IMG/VR virus record: IMGVR_UViG_3300046787_000099
Coordinates: 1-64,000 of that record
Strand: one strand, 5' to 3'
Source: a virus
DNA length: 64,000 bases
Shown: one piece after another, positions 35,801-44,614 of the stretch
Layout of the letters: the number at the start of each line of letters is the position of its first letter
Position numbering within the stretch: position 1 is the stretch's first letter
Program-made: the position numbers and the translations under genes
The notes under the pieces: model-generated
Told to the model about the DNA's origin: nothing
What the model saw: only the letters and a program-made list of their open reading frames with translations
The model's database searches: none

Positions 35801-38686
35801 ATTAGCTCTATCATTACCAACAATGTTATCAGAGTTGATAGTACCGTTCATCACGTTAGCATCACTCTTCTTACTATCTGGTTCTCTATCACCACCCTCA
35901 AGCAATTCTCCTTGTGTATCTAAAGATGCAACAAGTTCTGCATTAAGTGCTTCATTCTTCTTTAACTCTTCCTCTTCTTGTCTAGCTTTTTCTAGTTTCT
36001 CAAATGCAGCTTTAGCCTTCTTAGCAAAAGACTTCTCAATAGCATTCATCAACTCTGGATTATCAAACGAATTGACAACCTCTAACTTATCTACACCTTC
36101 AGCATTAGCTGCTATCTTTTGTAACTCAGTAAGTCCTTCTGCTTTCTCCACCTCAGCATCAATAACATCATTAAGAATGTCATTGATTTCTTTAGATGAG
36201 TTATCTGCTTCACTTAGTTTGTAAGCCTTGAAATCATCTGGCTTCAGGTAAGTAACAGAACCATCAGGCATCTTCACTTCAAACTCTCCACCTAATGTTG
36301 TAGCAAGAACAGTCATCTTAGGAGCAAGATATAACTGGTTGCCAATACGCATAGCAGGTTGTGATAAAGAATACTCCTTACCAATCTCTAACTCTTTACC
36401 AATAGTTTTTGTCTTACCATCCTCTTCGATGTCCTGCTTAACAATAGCAGCAGGTTGTTCAGTTACACCAATAGGTAACTCCTCTACATCTTGGTAATCT
36501 TCAGGATTGTTTTTGATCTTGTCATACTCATCGATGTATAACTTTCTACGAAGAGACATCTCCATTACATCAGATAAATTCTCTTTCAATCTATCTTTTG
36601 TCTCACTCACTACATCAAGATCATTGATCTGTGCCAATGCTTCTTTAGTAGCAGCAACATTCACCTTCTTATCTTTGATAAGAGATTGTAACACATCTGT
36701 TGTGTTAATACCACTTGCTAATAATGAGTTATTAACTTGAGGAATACGTTGGTCATAGTTGTTGATCTTTGCCATAGCATAGACCATCTTATCCATAACT
36801 GATGGATTGTAAACTGGTTTACCATTCTCATCACGTACATCTGCATATCTATCTTCAACTACAGTGTATAACTCAGCTACACTCTTTGTAAGAGCCTCTA
36901 AGTTATTAAGTCTTTCATTGAACTGAGGTCTTGTCTCATTAGGATTAACAATACCACTATTAACAAGCTCATTGAATCCTTCTTGTGTAGCAGCTTGAGT
37001 CTTGTAATATCCTAACTCTTGTGCAACAAAGTCTTCTTTACCATACTTGATGCGAGGCATTAAGTAAGATAGAGTGTAGTCATGCTCAGCATCTTTCTCT
37101 TCTAACACATCATTTGCTAAGATAGCATTCTGTCTAGCTTTCTGAGAACCAATACCAATACCTACATACTTAACTTGATCACGAAGAACATCTTGAATCT
37201 TACTGTTATTCAAAGCAGCAATAGCAATCTCTGTATTAACAGCTCTTTGTCCACCTGTTCCTAAGAACCCTCTTTCTTTAACCTCACCTCTAGCTTGTTG
37301 AATACCTCCAGAGATACCACCAATAAGCATACTCTCTAAACCTTCCTTAGTACTTAAAGCTTGATCAACACCTTCTCCAAAGATGTTTCCCATTGCTCCA
37401 TACATACCAGTAAGTAGGCTAGAAGTATCCTCTCTATTCTTGTAAGCTTTGTCAAAGAAGTTATACACACCTGTTTGAATAGCATACTGTGCTCCTTCTT
37501 CAAATGCTTCTGAAGGAGAGAATACTAAACCACCAAGATTTCTTGTAGTAACAGCAGCCTTGCCAAGAATAGTTTTAGGAGTGAATGCAGTAACTACACC
37601 ACTTACTTCTTTTTGCTCAAGCTCATTAATTAATGCTTTATCAAATCTTCTAGATGATCCTAAGATTTTAGGAAGCTGAAGATAGTTAGTTGCTGATAAC
37701 AACAAGAAGTTTGCACCTAATGTATTGTTACCCACTTGACTAGCGTAGTCATTGATGTTATCTAATTCTTCACCTTGTGGGTTTCTACCATATACTCTCT
37801 TGAACTCTTCAATAGCATTAGCTCTGAAGTTGTTCATGTTCTGAAGACTCTCAATAGAACCTTCTCCCAAAGCACCCATTGTTGAAATGGTAACACGCTC
37901 ACCATTCTTTAGAATGTTTTGTGCAAATGGATTCTTTAAATACTTCTGTGCTACAGATGTTAATGCTCCATCAAATGCTGTATATTTCTCAGCTTGAGGA
38001 ACAAGAGACATAGCTTCTTCAACTGCTGTAGCAGTTTCCATACCACGACCAGCTTGAACCAATCGGTTAGTGATACCAATAGCTCCTAAAGCTTTTGCCC
38101 ACAAAGCACCACCACCTAATGCACCTAGAGAATATCCTAGGTTCTTCATCACTTTATCAGACCAGAAGTTACCTGTCAATAAGTTATCAGGAGACCACCA
38201 CTCAGCATCTCTTTCTTGAGTGCTATAGAAGTTAGGAAGAGCATCCTCGAAATACTTGTTTACCTCATCTGCTTTATTGTTAACCTCATTGTCATAAAGA
38301 GATGAAAGTTTACCTGTTTCAAATACTTGGTTAACTCCATAAAGAAGACCAGCAGTACCAGCTAAGAAAGATGAAGCAGCAGTTCCTGTCATCTTAATAG
38401 CACCATTAAGAAACTTCTCACCAATACCCTGTTGTTGGGCATACATCTCCTCTAGATCCTGACCAGGTCTACTAGATGCATATCTGTTTCCAGTATATAC
38501 AGAAGATAGAGGAATAGAAGAAACTCCTGGTTTAATATTACTTACTGTTTGATTAAAGTAATCATTAAACGATAACTGACTTCCTGGTGTCTGTGTGCTA
38601 ACGGGAACAGGTCTAGGAACACTTCTATCAGGTACTGTTGGAGCTTCAAGATAACCTCTTTGGTTGATTATTTTTTCTTCTGGCAT
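26849..38686 (-). CDS. Virion-packaged DNA-dependent RNA polymerase polyprotein (crAss-like, phi14:2 gp66-type)
   Basis: 3945 aa; FRIPTQ...GSDFDIDKL catalytic motif (DFDID at 29516-29530), ETDGGGFI, VDISKGP; zincin-like domain; ejection-protein-like N-terminus. Confidence 0.9.
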   Translation of the reverse strand: MPEEKIINQRGYLEAPTVPDRSVPRPVPVSTQTPGSQLSFNDYFNQTVSNIKPGVSSIPLSSVYTGNRYASSRPGQDLEEMYAQQQGIGEKFLNGAIKMTGTAASSFLAGTAGLLYGVNQVFETGKLSSLYDNEVNNKADEVNKYFEDALPNFYSTQERDAEWWSPDNLLTGNFWSDKVMKNLGYSLGALGGGALWAKALGAIGITNRLVQAGRGMETATAVEEAMSLVPQAEKYTAFDGALTSVAQKYLKNPFAQNILKNGERVTISTMGALGEGSIESLQNMNNFRANAIEEFKRVYGRNPQGEELDNINDYASQVGNNTLGANFLLLSATNYLQLPKILGSSRRFDKALINELEQKEVSGVVTAFTPKTILGKAAVTTRNLGGLVFSPSEAFEEGAQYAIQTGVYNFFDKAYKNREDTSSLLTGMYGAMGNIFGEGVDQALSTKEGLESMLIGGISGGIQQARGEVKERGFLGTGGQRAVNTEIAIAALNNSKIQDVLRDQVKYVGIGIGSQKARQNAILANDVLEEKDAEHDYTLSYLMPRIKYGKEDFVAQELGYYKTQAATQEGFNELVNSGIVNPNETRPQFNERLNNLEALTKSVAELYTVVEDRYADVRDENGKPVYNPSVMDKMVYAMAKINNYDQRIPQVNNSLLASGINTTDVLQSLIKDKKVNVAATKEALAQINDLDVVSETKDRLKENLSDVMEMSLRRKLYIDEYDKIKNNPEDYQDVEELPIGVTEQPAAIVKQDIEEDGKTKTIGKELEIGKEYSLSQPAMRIGNQLYLAPKMTVLATTLGGEFEVKMPDGSVTYLKPDDFKAYKLSEADNSSKEINDILNDVIDAEVEKAEGLTELQKIAANAEGVDKLEVVNSFDNPELMNAIEKSFAKKAKAAFEKLEKARQEEEELKKNEALNAELVASLDTQGELLEGGDREPDSKKSDANVMNGTINSDNIVGNDRANQFGFNLDNFPNRDKIRGVYVTYNNEDKLIPGLTQYLKDQGGEYAKDVDPKETIAMVLVQQNEDGSLQLVDKNGEVIPEGANALENAVFQVKPGPGLKWSKAYTKGGSTDMFRKTTPEETKELLRNQYDAWRKSTIASTEISTFPVNSSFGIPMKLTDDNGKEIQDGRAGAIEAGLITEDELANGPVITIPTTNDTLTGGTSSFKNPIAKAFLKVGNEYVKLDNRRISEKEANLLFKVIHKIAENAQRDGNIQSLESQRLIKYLRSVVYWGTPTTPQGESKPAGNNSVWFDNGMLLISNPVQTFPFAPQALENSKDEIVAALTGIFNNANLSMIKSDDEYAEITNITDAGEIQTKRWPNYQSFLLSGKDREGSEIPLSVNMRPGVNRKGIYFIDKQEADKFAAPVPAPKPVAVKPILPGAPKKTQAPAADPVADIERRRKEELKAEANGLRTARKGDKGIFWTQFKGARQDNETDREVEVEAVSKYGVKFKGDKDFTNFQSYFYFTNTTKAQQINAKYDAELAALKPKAPAQPTVIDLTGKKANSVTIPTVGTIEFTLDAAANQADPTAGFGFVSDSANNTAAIEALMAAKGIDANAAKGIIAGSILNKYKSDIAAYVAEEEDELEFTIPDAFDETYTASEDERMNSQMNDEADDEVLRAIVSEQAKQFEGENWTQLEGWLKANFPNVPVYRVKNVITATNGMQAWGMLKDGAIYLYQNAEAGTAYHEVFEAVWKMFTSPQERQDILNEFKSRKGSFVDRPTGRDVKFSEATDLEAKEQLAEEFREYTLNPKVEGPKSFIGQLFHDLVKFIKEFFTGPTAVSNTDKLFKKIGTGYYKQYSPMHSSLSFAKKGFINIEDVYASDEAEYSIANFTGAEQHDLIQQMTYLTLKDLVVNNKSLFKVNDLYKKKSELYAKLKEDLQKTVLKSKKAALANIANGTMTKEEAAPIIAKSNAMWKAIDNEENWNQIAAKHQERLKSYNIEFDENDELVRNEEDKTKEINDDATKIDLFRKINPAVKLLLSTLPYVKKNDTNGKLELIYSSINGVQLIPSTQAYMAIMNRVNKSRNLEEMMEGIRALANDDINYQTIYTRLTKNSDLSQPADLSKLNNIHDIQLLAAFWRSFKKQSPNVKNVFVLENGEVVVGDSNFTTAARQASEEFMNNIRKVLQGKNNPYFTYNAKDRVYEGKKGSTKSISFDAANDSQQIAMMTAFLRQFGIVFNPKDILSDKITSGERDMFKEATIYLRDSIGKGQKMFKIDSGKNSLDITGRLRQLSEIKAKIDNPEFSSTYYNVKGERTQTFIGTNAASDLYDMLSQISNKSELRNTQYEYLLDDVFSANSVILKKMFNPTTGAVNKSALQLMKPSYADGLVNLSTGKRKQSSKLTYKERLTQELNMNLAGYYLNLVPGDSSMEWMLYMGNPITKDNLLDGYDKVYDIFQGYFIDEMNLARANRPVAKGRVSSDMRFMKAVLGDTLHDKLIKKEGSPEEIYEANKEDIDAAVLKFISTESSKFRSVLMNYGVLTQNEENNYNIEGVAVSKKNNLSPDELFLEMNALNASYIINNIEMHKLIYSDPYQYSDELKRIKNFNSPRQAIINSSVELNKAMNRVWNKGYKKGDIGNTDFNKDFFKTVTLSDVMGTSSLEGYGTFEETDGGGFITLKAYRNFRIRAGEWNENEELQYKYDVAFEKNKKDIALSSEEAAIYEAGNPQVKSAYTPLKPIVSGNKADGEKYNDVMLDKFALYPLSYRIAYELNPESNAVKMYDKMQTEGVDYAVYNSGRKVGANKSHDLYNADGSFNTNEFTKENTVKVPFAIMSIQSEVPSKDTALVTRGSQVTKLITMDYMEAGVPVDFKEGSSFAERYKAWNDLKTEEAKEKASPLYKEVKNNQKFLELITENGFNTLLDKLGIKIVDGKYEVDDFAKMTEILRQEILKREVNDNITSALADFDKAESLVDVYQQINTILYSIADKNVISPKISGGMKVQIPSTLLESVRAKKEGGAYTSDVLGFYEKDGKHVAEIMVGRWFDTDMTDADLLEYLNTTPEGQKILSGLAFRIPTQNKNSIDAFVIKQFLPKEFGDSVVIPSALVKKVGSDFDIDKLSIYFKNVYPGVDGKPTLVEYKGSEEATKDFYGKVYDKLSEKEDYYIKKELERLALADDVDYDTDYESATRDAEERLMLKQESQASRRDAFVDNMYRKSLENEYIQSSENLVTNDRNFDQLVKPNSADQLKKLSNIVSTRLRSESFDYTAVGNLLNRSFMSRLRQAFVSGKYAIGIAAVSQTNHSLNQRQPIIVDRLRMVNMPLQERQWLGDGIVKFQKYNRIAIDGKTYPTLSMINNAATKPQNISDILGQFIDGYVDISKGPWIMELGATPNVASTWLFLTKLGVPINTVAFFMNQPIIREYLRSVENAGYSWLFIDDIVESTKANYRTSKDLISKMNVVPGETELLNMVGKKNLTTSENAAQQFMLDEFLKYAKMAEQLFNVTQGSNFDTSTFNNPYLVFKKQEQLKKAQQSIVTSVDDLLENSFIGKLNEIINETRNALATVLTSDKQNVRTVIEKTLTPYTNLPDREFVKLAQKAVNDLFDWAVQTDRRINTNLANILVNKEDSVSTARRILEFKEDVMSNPEHPLYRNHVINLIDAKLSDVEGGIDNISIKNKDNKAYDQNQMIYGFREIKEYLNGSDNNLYGALVRLAVVQSGLSNSPISFTSLLPYEDFKEVYGRTMATIEEKENLSDYHTLAVFQRNNWADDDVTPYRKAKRTESGNYNNNMKFAPKVNLAVIQGKLPKMLKLDSRAREANKDVIVYQWQDQNLTPAEQKLRDEKKARGDYSYINKGLFQKVYTDEAKTEALTIKDFYGNTQYVYKMINAWGDSFKANEFYTVARPSAFTENGFLPVQYSVEETQNGLTYTSNEVSDAAIVPYFVSPKTEEVAPEEEVVAKDAVTNPVIEVAPKKVVTPPNQLSLFNDAEVSAVINKKEKESERCNAK

Positions 38687-38687
38687 T

Positions 38688-41546
38688 TTATTGTCTATTG
38701 AAATCTGAAACTGTTAAACTCTTCATACCCATGATTACTTTTTGTAAGTCTTCATTGCCTGGAGTTTTTCTTACAATAACATTGTTATTAGGATCTTTAT
38801 AGTAGAATACTCCATAGTATTTACCATTCTCATATTTAACATTTGCTTCTAAGTCTACATTAGGTACTGATGAAAAGTTAGGGAAGTCACCTTTCTTAAA
38901 CTCAGTATCACCATTGTAATATGCTTGCTTAGTATTTGGATTACCTTGAGATGTCTTACCACCTTGTTGGCTAATCTTAGTTTTGATAATTGATGTTTGC
39001 TTAGGTTGATATAAAGAACCTGCATTAATACCAAGTCTTAACATTGCTTCATCTGGTGCAACTACCATTCCTCCTTTTCTTCCTTCATTTGGAGTAGCAG
39101 CAACAATCTCAACCATAGGTGCATTATTTTTACCTATAACAATTTGTGCTTCAACAGTACCACCTTTCTCAAAGAAATCTTTATCTGCTAATGCAGTACC
39201 AAATCCTTCAAAGTCAGGACTTAAGTTCTTACCACTAGTTGCGTAGTTACCTGCAAATCTTCTAATGTTAGAAATAGAGTTCTTATCAGTTTCTGAATCT
39301 CCTGTTAATAAAGGAAGCTTAAGATTAGGATCAATCTGATAATGATCTTTAATCACTTTAGCTTGTGTCTCATACACCTTACTTAATACTTTGCTATCTA
39401 ACTTAGGAACAATGTTTTTCAAGAATCCTAAATCTACATCAGCATATTTAGATTCTCCACCAAGTAGTTGACGACCATAATCAATAGCTGAACCAGCAAA
39501 TGATTTACCACTGCGAAGAGTTGAAGTAATAAATTGTCCAGACTGTATTAATTCTGGTCTATTAGAAGCATACTCAAGAGTATGATCTAATAAGAAGTCT
39601 AATCCTTTGTTTGCTAATCTTCTACCAGCTTCATCACCTGCTTTTCTTACACCTTCATCAATTAAGAATCCAGCAACAGATTGATTACCCTTTAAGTATA
39701 AAGCAAGATCATATTGATCTGTAGGAGTCAATGTAAATTTAGTTCCTTGATATGTTCCAGAAACAGGCTTAACGTTTGTGATAGTAGCCTCTTTCATTGC
39801 ATTCTGTCCAACAATGTTAGCTGTTGTACTTAACACATTGTTTCTCACTGTAGAAACATCTTGGAACTCTTTAGAACTATTTCTGTATATGTTAAGAGCA
39901 TCTACTAAATCAGGATTCTTTTGAAGAGTAGCAGCAGGTAGTTTCTGTATATTCTGAATACCTCTGTAAGTCCACCAAGACTTAAACTCATCCATAGTCT
40001 TTCCTGGAGGTTTAGCATTCTCAATAAGAGTTTTGATTGCTTGTGCTTTTGGAATACCATTAGCAATCAATCTATCTAACTTAGCTAACTCTGTAGTAGA
40101 ATTAGCAAACATTCCATTCCAAATAAGATTATCTTGTGCACTAGAGAATTTCTCAGCAGCACTAGTATAGTCAGTGTCTAGTTTATTGATTACACCAAAG
40201 TCAGAAGGTTGTTCACCTTGCTCAGGAACTAATCCCATACCACCAGCAGCAGGCACTAATGTATCTGGAACACCATCACCATCAGTATCAACCATTTGAC
40301 CACCTTTGCCTCCACGCATTCCTGCGATCTTCAACTGAGTTTCTTGACTACCTTTAGCAATTCTTTCAGCACTAGCTCTACCTAATGCAGCAATAGATTC
40401 TCTACTAGACATCTCTTGCTGTCTTAGTTTTATCTCATTTGCATCTTTAGTAAGCTTGTACTCAGCTTCCCAAGCTGGATTATCTACTATAGTTGTGCTA
40501 GTACGAACTGAACCATACATAGATGTCATATTCTTTATAACATCATCTGAGTATAACTTAGCTTTAGCAGCATTAGGATCAGCTGAAGCAATCTTCATAT
40601 ACTCATCGTAATGATTCTTAGTATTATCAATATCTAATTGTAACTTATCAATATCATCTTGAACATCTTCACCAGCACCTTTACGTAATGCTAGTTCCAT
40701 CATTTGATCATACTGAGTATCAAGGATCTGACCTTTTTGAGAACCTAATGATTTTGTCAATTGCTCACCATCCATACCTCTGTATGTGTAGCGACCTTCA
40801 ATACCTAGTTGTTTCTTAACTCTAGGATCAGACATAATCATACCAATGGTACCCATAACTTCTTTAGGAAGTCTTCCCTCAGCCTCAAGACGTTTCATTG
40901 CTGGAGAGTAAATAGGTCTCTTTCCAATAACACGACCTTTGTCATCAACAATAGTCTTGTATTGAACATTACCTTTAGCATCTGTTTGGAACACTTGATC
41001 AAAGGAATACTTACCAGGCTTAACAGCATCAAACTGTTCCTTAGTAAATTTCTGCCAATCAAATGCTTTAGAATACTCACCATTGAATGATGTATCTAAC
41101 TTACCATCAGATAGCCAACTATTAACCTCATCGTTGAATACAGTCTCATTTGCAGGATTATATGTTCCTGCTTTCTTATCTGCCTCCATCTCAGTCATGA
41201 AGTTTCTGATTCTTTGAGTAGAACCAACTGCACGTTGAATAGTAGGATCCTTAACAACTTGTGTAGCCATTCCTCCAACAGAGTTAACTAACTGTTGATT
41301 AGAGAAATCACCAGCAGCTACAGTGCGTAGCTTGCCACCAAGATCGTTAAGTTTAGATTGGAGATATTGCTTATGTTCAGGTTTAATAACATCTAATCCA
41401 GCTATATTATCGATATAGGCTTGAATCTTTTGTACCCCTTGATCATACTGTTGTTGCTTTTGCATACCAACAGCAACCATTGCTTCAACAGGAAGCTGTT
41501 GAATGTAAGGGTTAAAACTGGAAATAGCGTCTGTGAATGAAGCCAT
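38688..41546 (-). CDS. Virion cargo/ejection protein
   Basis: 952 aa; FNPYIQQLPVE..KQQQYDQG N-terminus, helical; directly upstream of the RNAP as in crAss-like phages. Confidence 0.6.
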   Translation of the reverse strand: MASFTDAISSFNPYIQQLPVEAMVAVGMQKQQQYDQGVQKIQAYIDNIAGLDVIKPEHKQYLQSKLNDLGGKLRTVAAGDFSNQQLVNSVGGMATQVVKDPTIQRAVGSTQRIRNFMTEMEADKKAGTYNPANETVFNDEVNSWLSDGKLDTSFNGEYSKAFDWQKFTKEQFDAVKPGKYSFDQVFQTDAKGNVQYKTIVDDKGRVIGKRPIYSPAMKRLEAEGRLPKEVMGTIGMIMSDPRVKKQLGIEGRYTYRGMDGEQLTKSLGSQKGQILDTQYDQMMELALRKGAGEDVQDDIDKLQLDIDNTKNHYDEYMKIASADPNAAKAKLYSDDVIKNMTSMYGSVRTSTTIVDNPAWEAEYKLTKDANEIKLRQQEMSSRESIAALGRASAERIAKGSQETQLKIAGMRGGKGGQMVDTDGDGVPDTLVPAAGGMGLVPEQGEQPSDFGVINKLDTDYTSAAEKFSSAQDNLIWNGMFANSTTELAKLDRLIANGIPKAQAIKTLIENAKPPGKTMDEFKSWWTYRGIQNIQKLPAATLQKNPDLVDALNIYRNSSKEFQDVSTVRNNVLSTTANIVGQNAMKEATITNVKPVSGTYQGTKFTLTPTDQYDLALYLKGNQSVAGFLIDEGVRKAGDEAGRRLANKGLDFLLDHTLEYASNRPELIQSGQFITSTLRSGKSFAGSAIDYGRQLLGGESKYADVDLGFLKNIVPKLDSKVLSKVYETQAKVIKDHYQIDPNLKLPLLTGDSETDKNSISNIRRFAGNYATSGKNLSPDFEGFGTALADKDFFEKGGTVEAQIVIGKNNAPMVEIVAATPNEGRKGGMVVAPDEAMLRLGINAGSLYQPKQTSIIKTKISQQGGKTSQGNPNTKQAYYNGDTEFKKGDFPNFSSVPNVDLEANVKYENGKYYGVFYYKDPNNNVIVRKTPGNEDLQKVIMGMKSLTVSDFNRQ

Positions 41547-41562
41547 GAGTGAGTATAATTAA

Positions 41563-41593
41563 CAAATATAATTTAAAATATTACATATACAAA
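41563..41593 (-). promoter_or_regulatory. Complete Bacteroidota sigma70-type promoter
   Basis: Minus strand TTTG-N19-TATATTTG, matching -33 TTTG / -7 TAnnTTTG, upstream of the ATG at 41546. Confidence 0.7.
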
Positions 41594-41634
41594 GACTACT
41601 AACAAAAGTTAGTAATCTTGTATAACCAGTTTGA

Positions 41635-44613
41635 TTAGAGACCTTTGATGGCTTTAACAATAGAACCATTTCTTGCATTCTTCTTTGACTTAGCATTTGC
41701 TTCTTTAATCTTTTGAGCATCTGCTAGAGCTTGTAATCTTTCTGCTTCAGTAAGAGCAATGTCACTTGTAGACTTAGCACCTGATCCTACAGTTGGGATA
41801 TTGAAAGAGTATGGAGCATTCAAGTTGTATGCTTGTCCTCCTGGTGCATATCTGTAGTTGTACATATTTTCATATATACCAAGTGTTTTATTAGCAAGCT
41901 CATGTTGTGCCATCTTAGAAGCAATTGATTGTAAAGCTGTTTGTGCTTCTTGCTTAGTCTTAGATTTACCTATCGACTGTCTATTAAACTGTTGATCTAG
42001 AATTCCTAAGTTAACACGTTGAGCTTCATTCAATGTTTGACGATTAGCTTCGTACACACGAGCTCTCTCAGCTTGATTAGCTCTAGTTTGATTACCTAAT
42101 ACAGATTGATTAGCAGCATACTTCTGAGCAGCTAATCCAGTTAAGAGTTCTGGATTATTACCTAATGTTCTTTGCATAGCATTGAAGTCTGCTTGATTAG
42201 CATTCAATTGATCTTGTAAACTAATATCATAAGGAGTGTTAAGTTGTGGAGTGTACAATTGTGCTTGCACTGGCTCTAATTGATTACTAGCTAATGCAAA
42301 GTTTTCTGCTGCTATCTGAGCAGGATCAAGAGGTTCTTGATTAGTAGGACGTACAAAAGGTGCAACTGATTGAGCAAACAATGCAGCATCTTTCCAATTG
42401 AAACCTTTACCCTTAGCTTTCTCCTGTGCTGCTTTAGCAGTCTCTTCGTTAAATACTGGAGGCACATCCTTTGGTGCAACAATAGTTGCCTCATAAGGTG
42501 TATAAGCTAAGTTTTTAATTTCATTCTCCATACCACCAATAGGAGAATATGCATCAGGAGCAAACATAGTTCTTACATCAATTGGTGCTTGTGGATAATT
42601 CATGTTTCCAGGAATAATATTGGAAGGCATAAACTTAAGAGCAGAACCTGTTTGAGCTGTTTCCATCTTAGCACCAAACTTAGCTTTCTTCATAGCTTCT
42701 TTATCTTTAACAATTTTACCTTTAGCTAAATCAGCAGCAACTAATCCTTGCTCACTAGCTGTATCAAGGATAGCATTCTGTAATGTTGCAGCTTCTGTTT
42801 TCTGTTTAGCAATATCTTTTAACTTCATGTTAGCACCTAATATATTAGCATTAGCTGCTTGCAATGATAGTTTATCAAATTCAGTATTAACATCTAAGTC
42901 ATTAACAAGTTTGGTTGATTTATCAACAATCTTGTTTTGTTTAGCTTCTGTCTTAGATAAGTCAGCAGCATAGTGCTTGAACTTTTTCTTTTGACCAGGC
43001 ATAAACATATCACCAAATACAACTAAGTTACCATCTGGTGATCCACCATCTTGTAGCTTAACTGCTGGTTCTCCACCCTCAACCTCTACACCATTCTCAC
43101 CAAATGTAACAGGCATACCACCATTGTCATGCGAAGGACCTCTGAACATAATTGTTTCTCCACCATCTGGCAAATAAGGATTGTAAGACATAGTCTCTGC
43201 TTTACCACGATGGACTTGTAAGTCACCACCCATAGCCATCTGTGTACCATATTCAGCACGAGGGAAACGATCAGTATCAAACATCATATTGGTAGAATGC
43301 ATAACACCACCATCATCCATTCTTCCTGTATACATAGCTCTTGCACTAGGAGCAGTGTATTCTTTTAAATGTCCACCAGCACGTAACATATCAGCATCAT
43401 GAGGAGGCTTCAATAAATCTTTAACATCGTATTCACCAAACTTAGCAATTACTTGTGGCATCCAATCATTACTTACCCATCCACCATCTTCCATAGATCC
43501 TGAATTCATACCTCTTAAAGCATTACCAAATCCAGCAGCAGCAGCTCTCATAGTATTTTGTTTACCTTGTTCTGCAAGCATATTAGTTTCATGTTGTCTT
43601 CCTCCACCAAATAAACCTCCAATGAATCCACCAGCTGCTTCTCCAATAGGTCCAAACACTCCACCAATTTGAGAACCAAGTTGTCCTTCAGGAGTTGCTT
43701 CGAATCCACCTCCAGTAATCCAGCTACCTGCAGCATTTGCTATACCACCAAACTGAAACTGCTTAACATTACTATCATTTAATGGCTCATAGCCGAGATC
43801 TGTATAGATACTGTTAGGAGCAAATGTATTTTGAATCTCAGCACCATTTCTTGCTTGTAGATAGTTTGTACCTGTTCCATAAGAACTGCCCATCTGTCCT
43901 GGTTGGAAAGCCATATCCTCAGGACGAACATATCTCTTTTGTCTCTTAGCATCTACATCTTGTGATTCAGCAGCTTGTGCTGTTACATTACTAATCTGAG
44001 CAAATTGCTTTTGCTGATCTTGCTGATGTTGTGCTTCACCAATAGCTTCAATAGTTCCCCAAATAGAACCTGCTTGACTTAACAATGAATTACCAGCAGT
44101 CTTTGCTTTACTACCAAATGATTCAGTAGTAGACATTGTAGGAGAAGTTAATGTAGGTAACGCTTTTGCAGAATCACTTAATCCTTTAATTGGTAAACTT
44201 TTAAGAGTTGCACCAATTTGAGCTATTGGTAAATGTCCACCACCTTTAAACATACCAGCAACATTACCAATAATATCACCATTATCTCCACCAAGAGTAG
44301 ACATCAGTTGATCAATAGGTCCGCTTTTCTTCTCCATTGCTTTAGCAATTTGAGCTTGAGAAGCAAGAGCTTCTTGTCTTTGTCTTTCTTGAGTACTAAT
44401 ACCAGTAGCGTCAGCTTGAGCCTGATCATAAAAAGTATTATAACTAATTGGCTTCATAGGAGCAGGTTTAGCTACATTATCAATAGATGTACCCACCTGA
44501 GCTTTCTTTAACTCTTTACCGTGCTTCTTCATAAAAGCTGCTTCACTAGGAAACTTCTTGTAGAACTCCTTCTCAGTCTTAACTCCAGCAATCTTTAAAA
44601 TTTGAGCTTTCAT
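41635..44613 (-). CDS. Virion cargo protein with repeated xxxG(G) motifs (cargo-protein-1-like)
   Basis: GPSHDNGG..EVEGGE motif; Gln/Ala/Asn-rich helical C-terminus; lies after the muzzle gene. Confidence 0.6.
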   Translation of the reverse strand: MKAQILKIAGVKTEKEFYKKFPSEAAFMKKHGKELKKAQVGTSIDNVAKPAPMKPISYNTFYDQAQADATGISTQERQRQEALASQAQIAKAMEKKSGPIDQLMSTLGGDNGDIIGNVAGMFKGGGHLPIAQIGATLKSLPIKGLSDSAKALPTLTSPTMSTTESFGSKAKTAGNSLLSQAGSIWGTIEAIGEAQHQQDQQKQFAQISNVTAQAAESQDVDAKRQKRYVRPEDMAFQPGQMGSSYGTGTNYLQARNGAEIQNTFAPNSIYTDLGYEPLNDSNVKQFQFGGIANAAGSWITGGGFEATPEGQLGSQIGGVFGPIGEAAGGFIGGLFGGGRQHETNMLAEQGKQNTMRAAAAGFGNALRGMNSGSMEDGGWVSNDWMPQVIAKFGEYDVKDLLKPPHDADMLRAGGHLKEYTAPSARAMYTGRMDDGGVMHSTNMMFDTDRFPRAEYGTQMAMGGDLQVHRGKAETMSYNPYLPDGGETIMFRGPSHDNGGMPVTFGENGVEVEGGEPAVKLQDGGSPDGNLVVFGDMFMPGQKKKFKHYAADLSKTEAKQNKIVDKSTKLVNDLDVNTEFDKLSLQAANANILGANMKLKDIAKQKTEAATLQNAILDTASEQGLVAADLAKGKIVKDKEAMKKAKFGAKMETAQTGSALKFMPSNIIPGNMNYPQAPIDVRTMFAPDAYSPIGGMENEIKNLAYTPYEATIVAPKDVPPVFNEETAKAAQEKAKGKGFNWKDAALFAQSVAPFVRPTNQEPLDPAQIAAENFALASNQLEPVQAQLYTPQLNTPYDISLQDQLNANQADFNAMQRTLGNNPELLTGLAAQKYAANQSVLGNQTRANQAERARVYEANRQTLNEAQRVNLGILDQQFNRQSIGKSKTKQEAQTALQSIASKMAQHELANKTLGIYENMYNYRYAPGGQAYNLNAPYSFNIPTVGSGAKSTSDIALTEAERLQALADAQKIKEANAKSKKNARNGSIVKAIKGL

Positions 44614-44614
44614 A

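Noticed and set aside
26849-38686. Intein or group I intron in the RNAP or MCP
   Set aside because: Reading frames are uninterrupted; no LAGLIDADG/HNH or intein terminal motifs recognised
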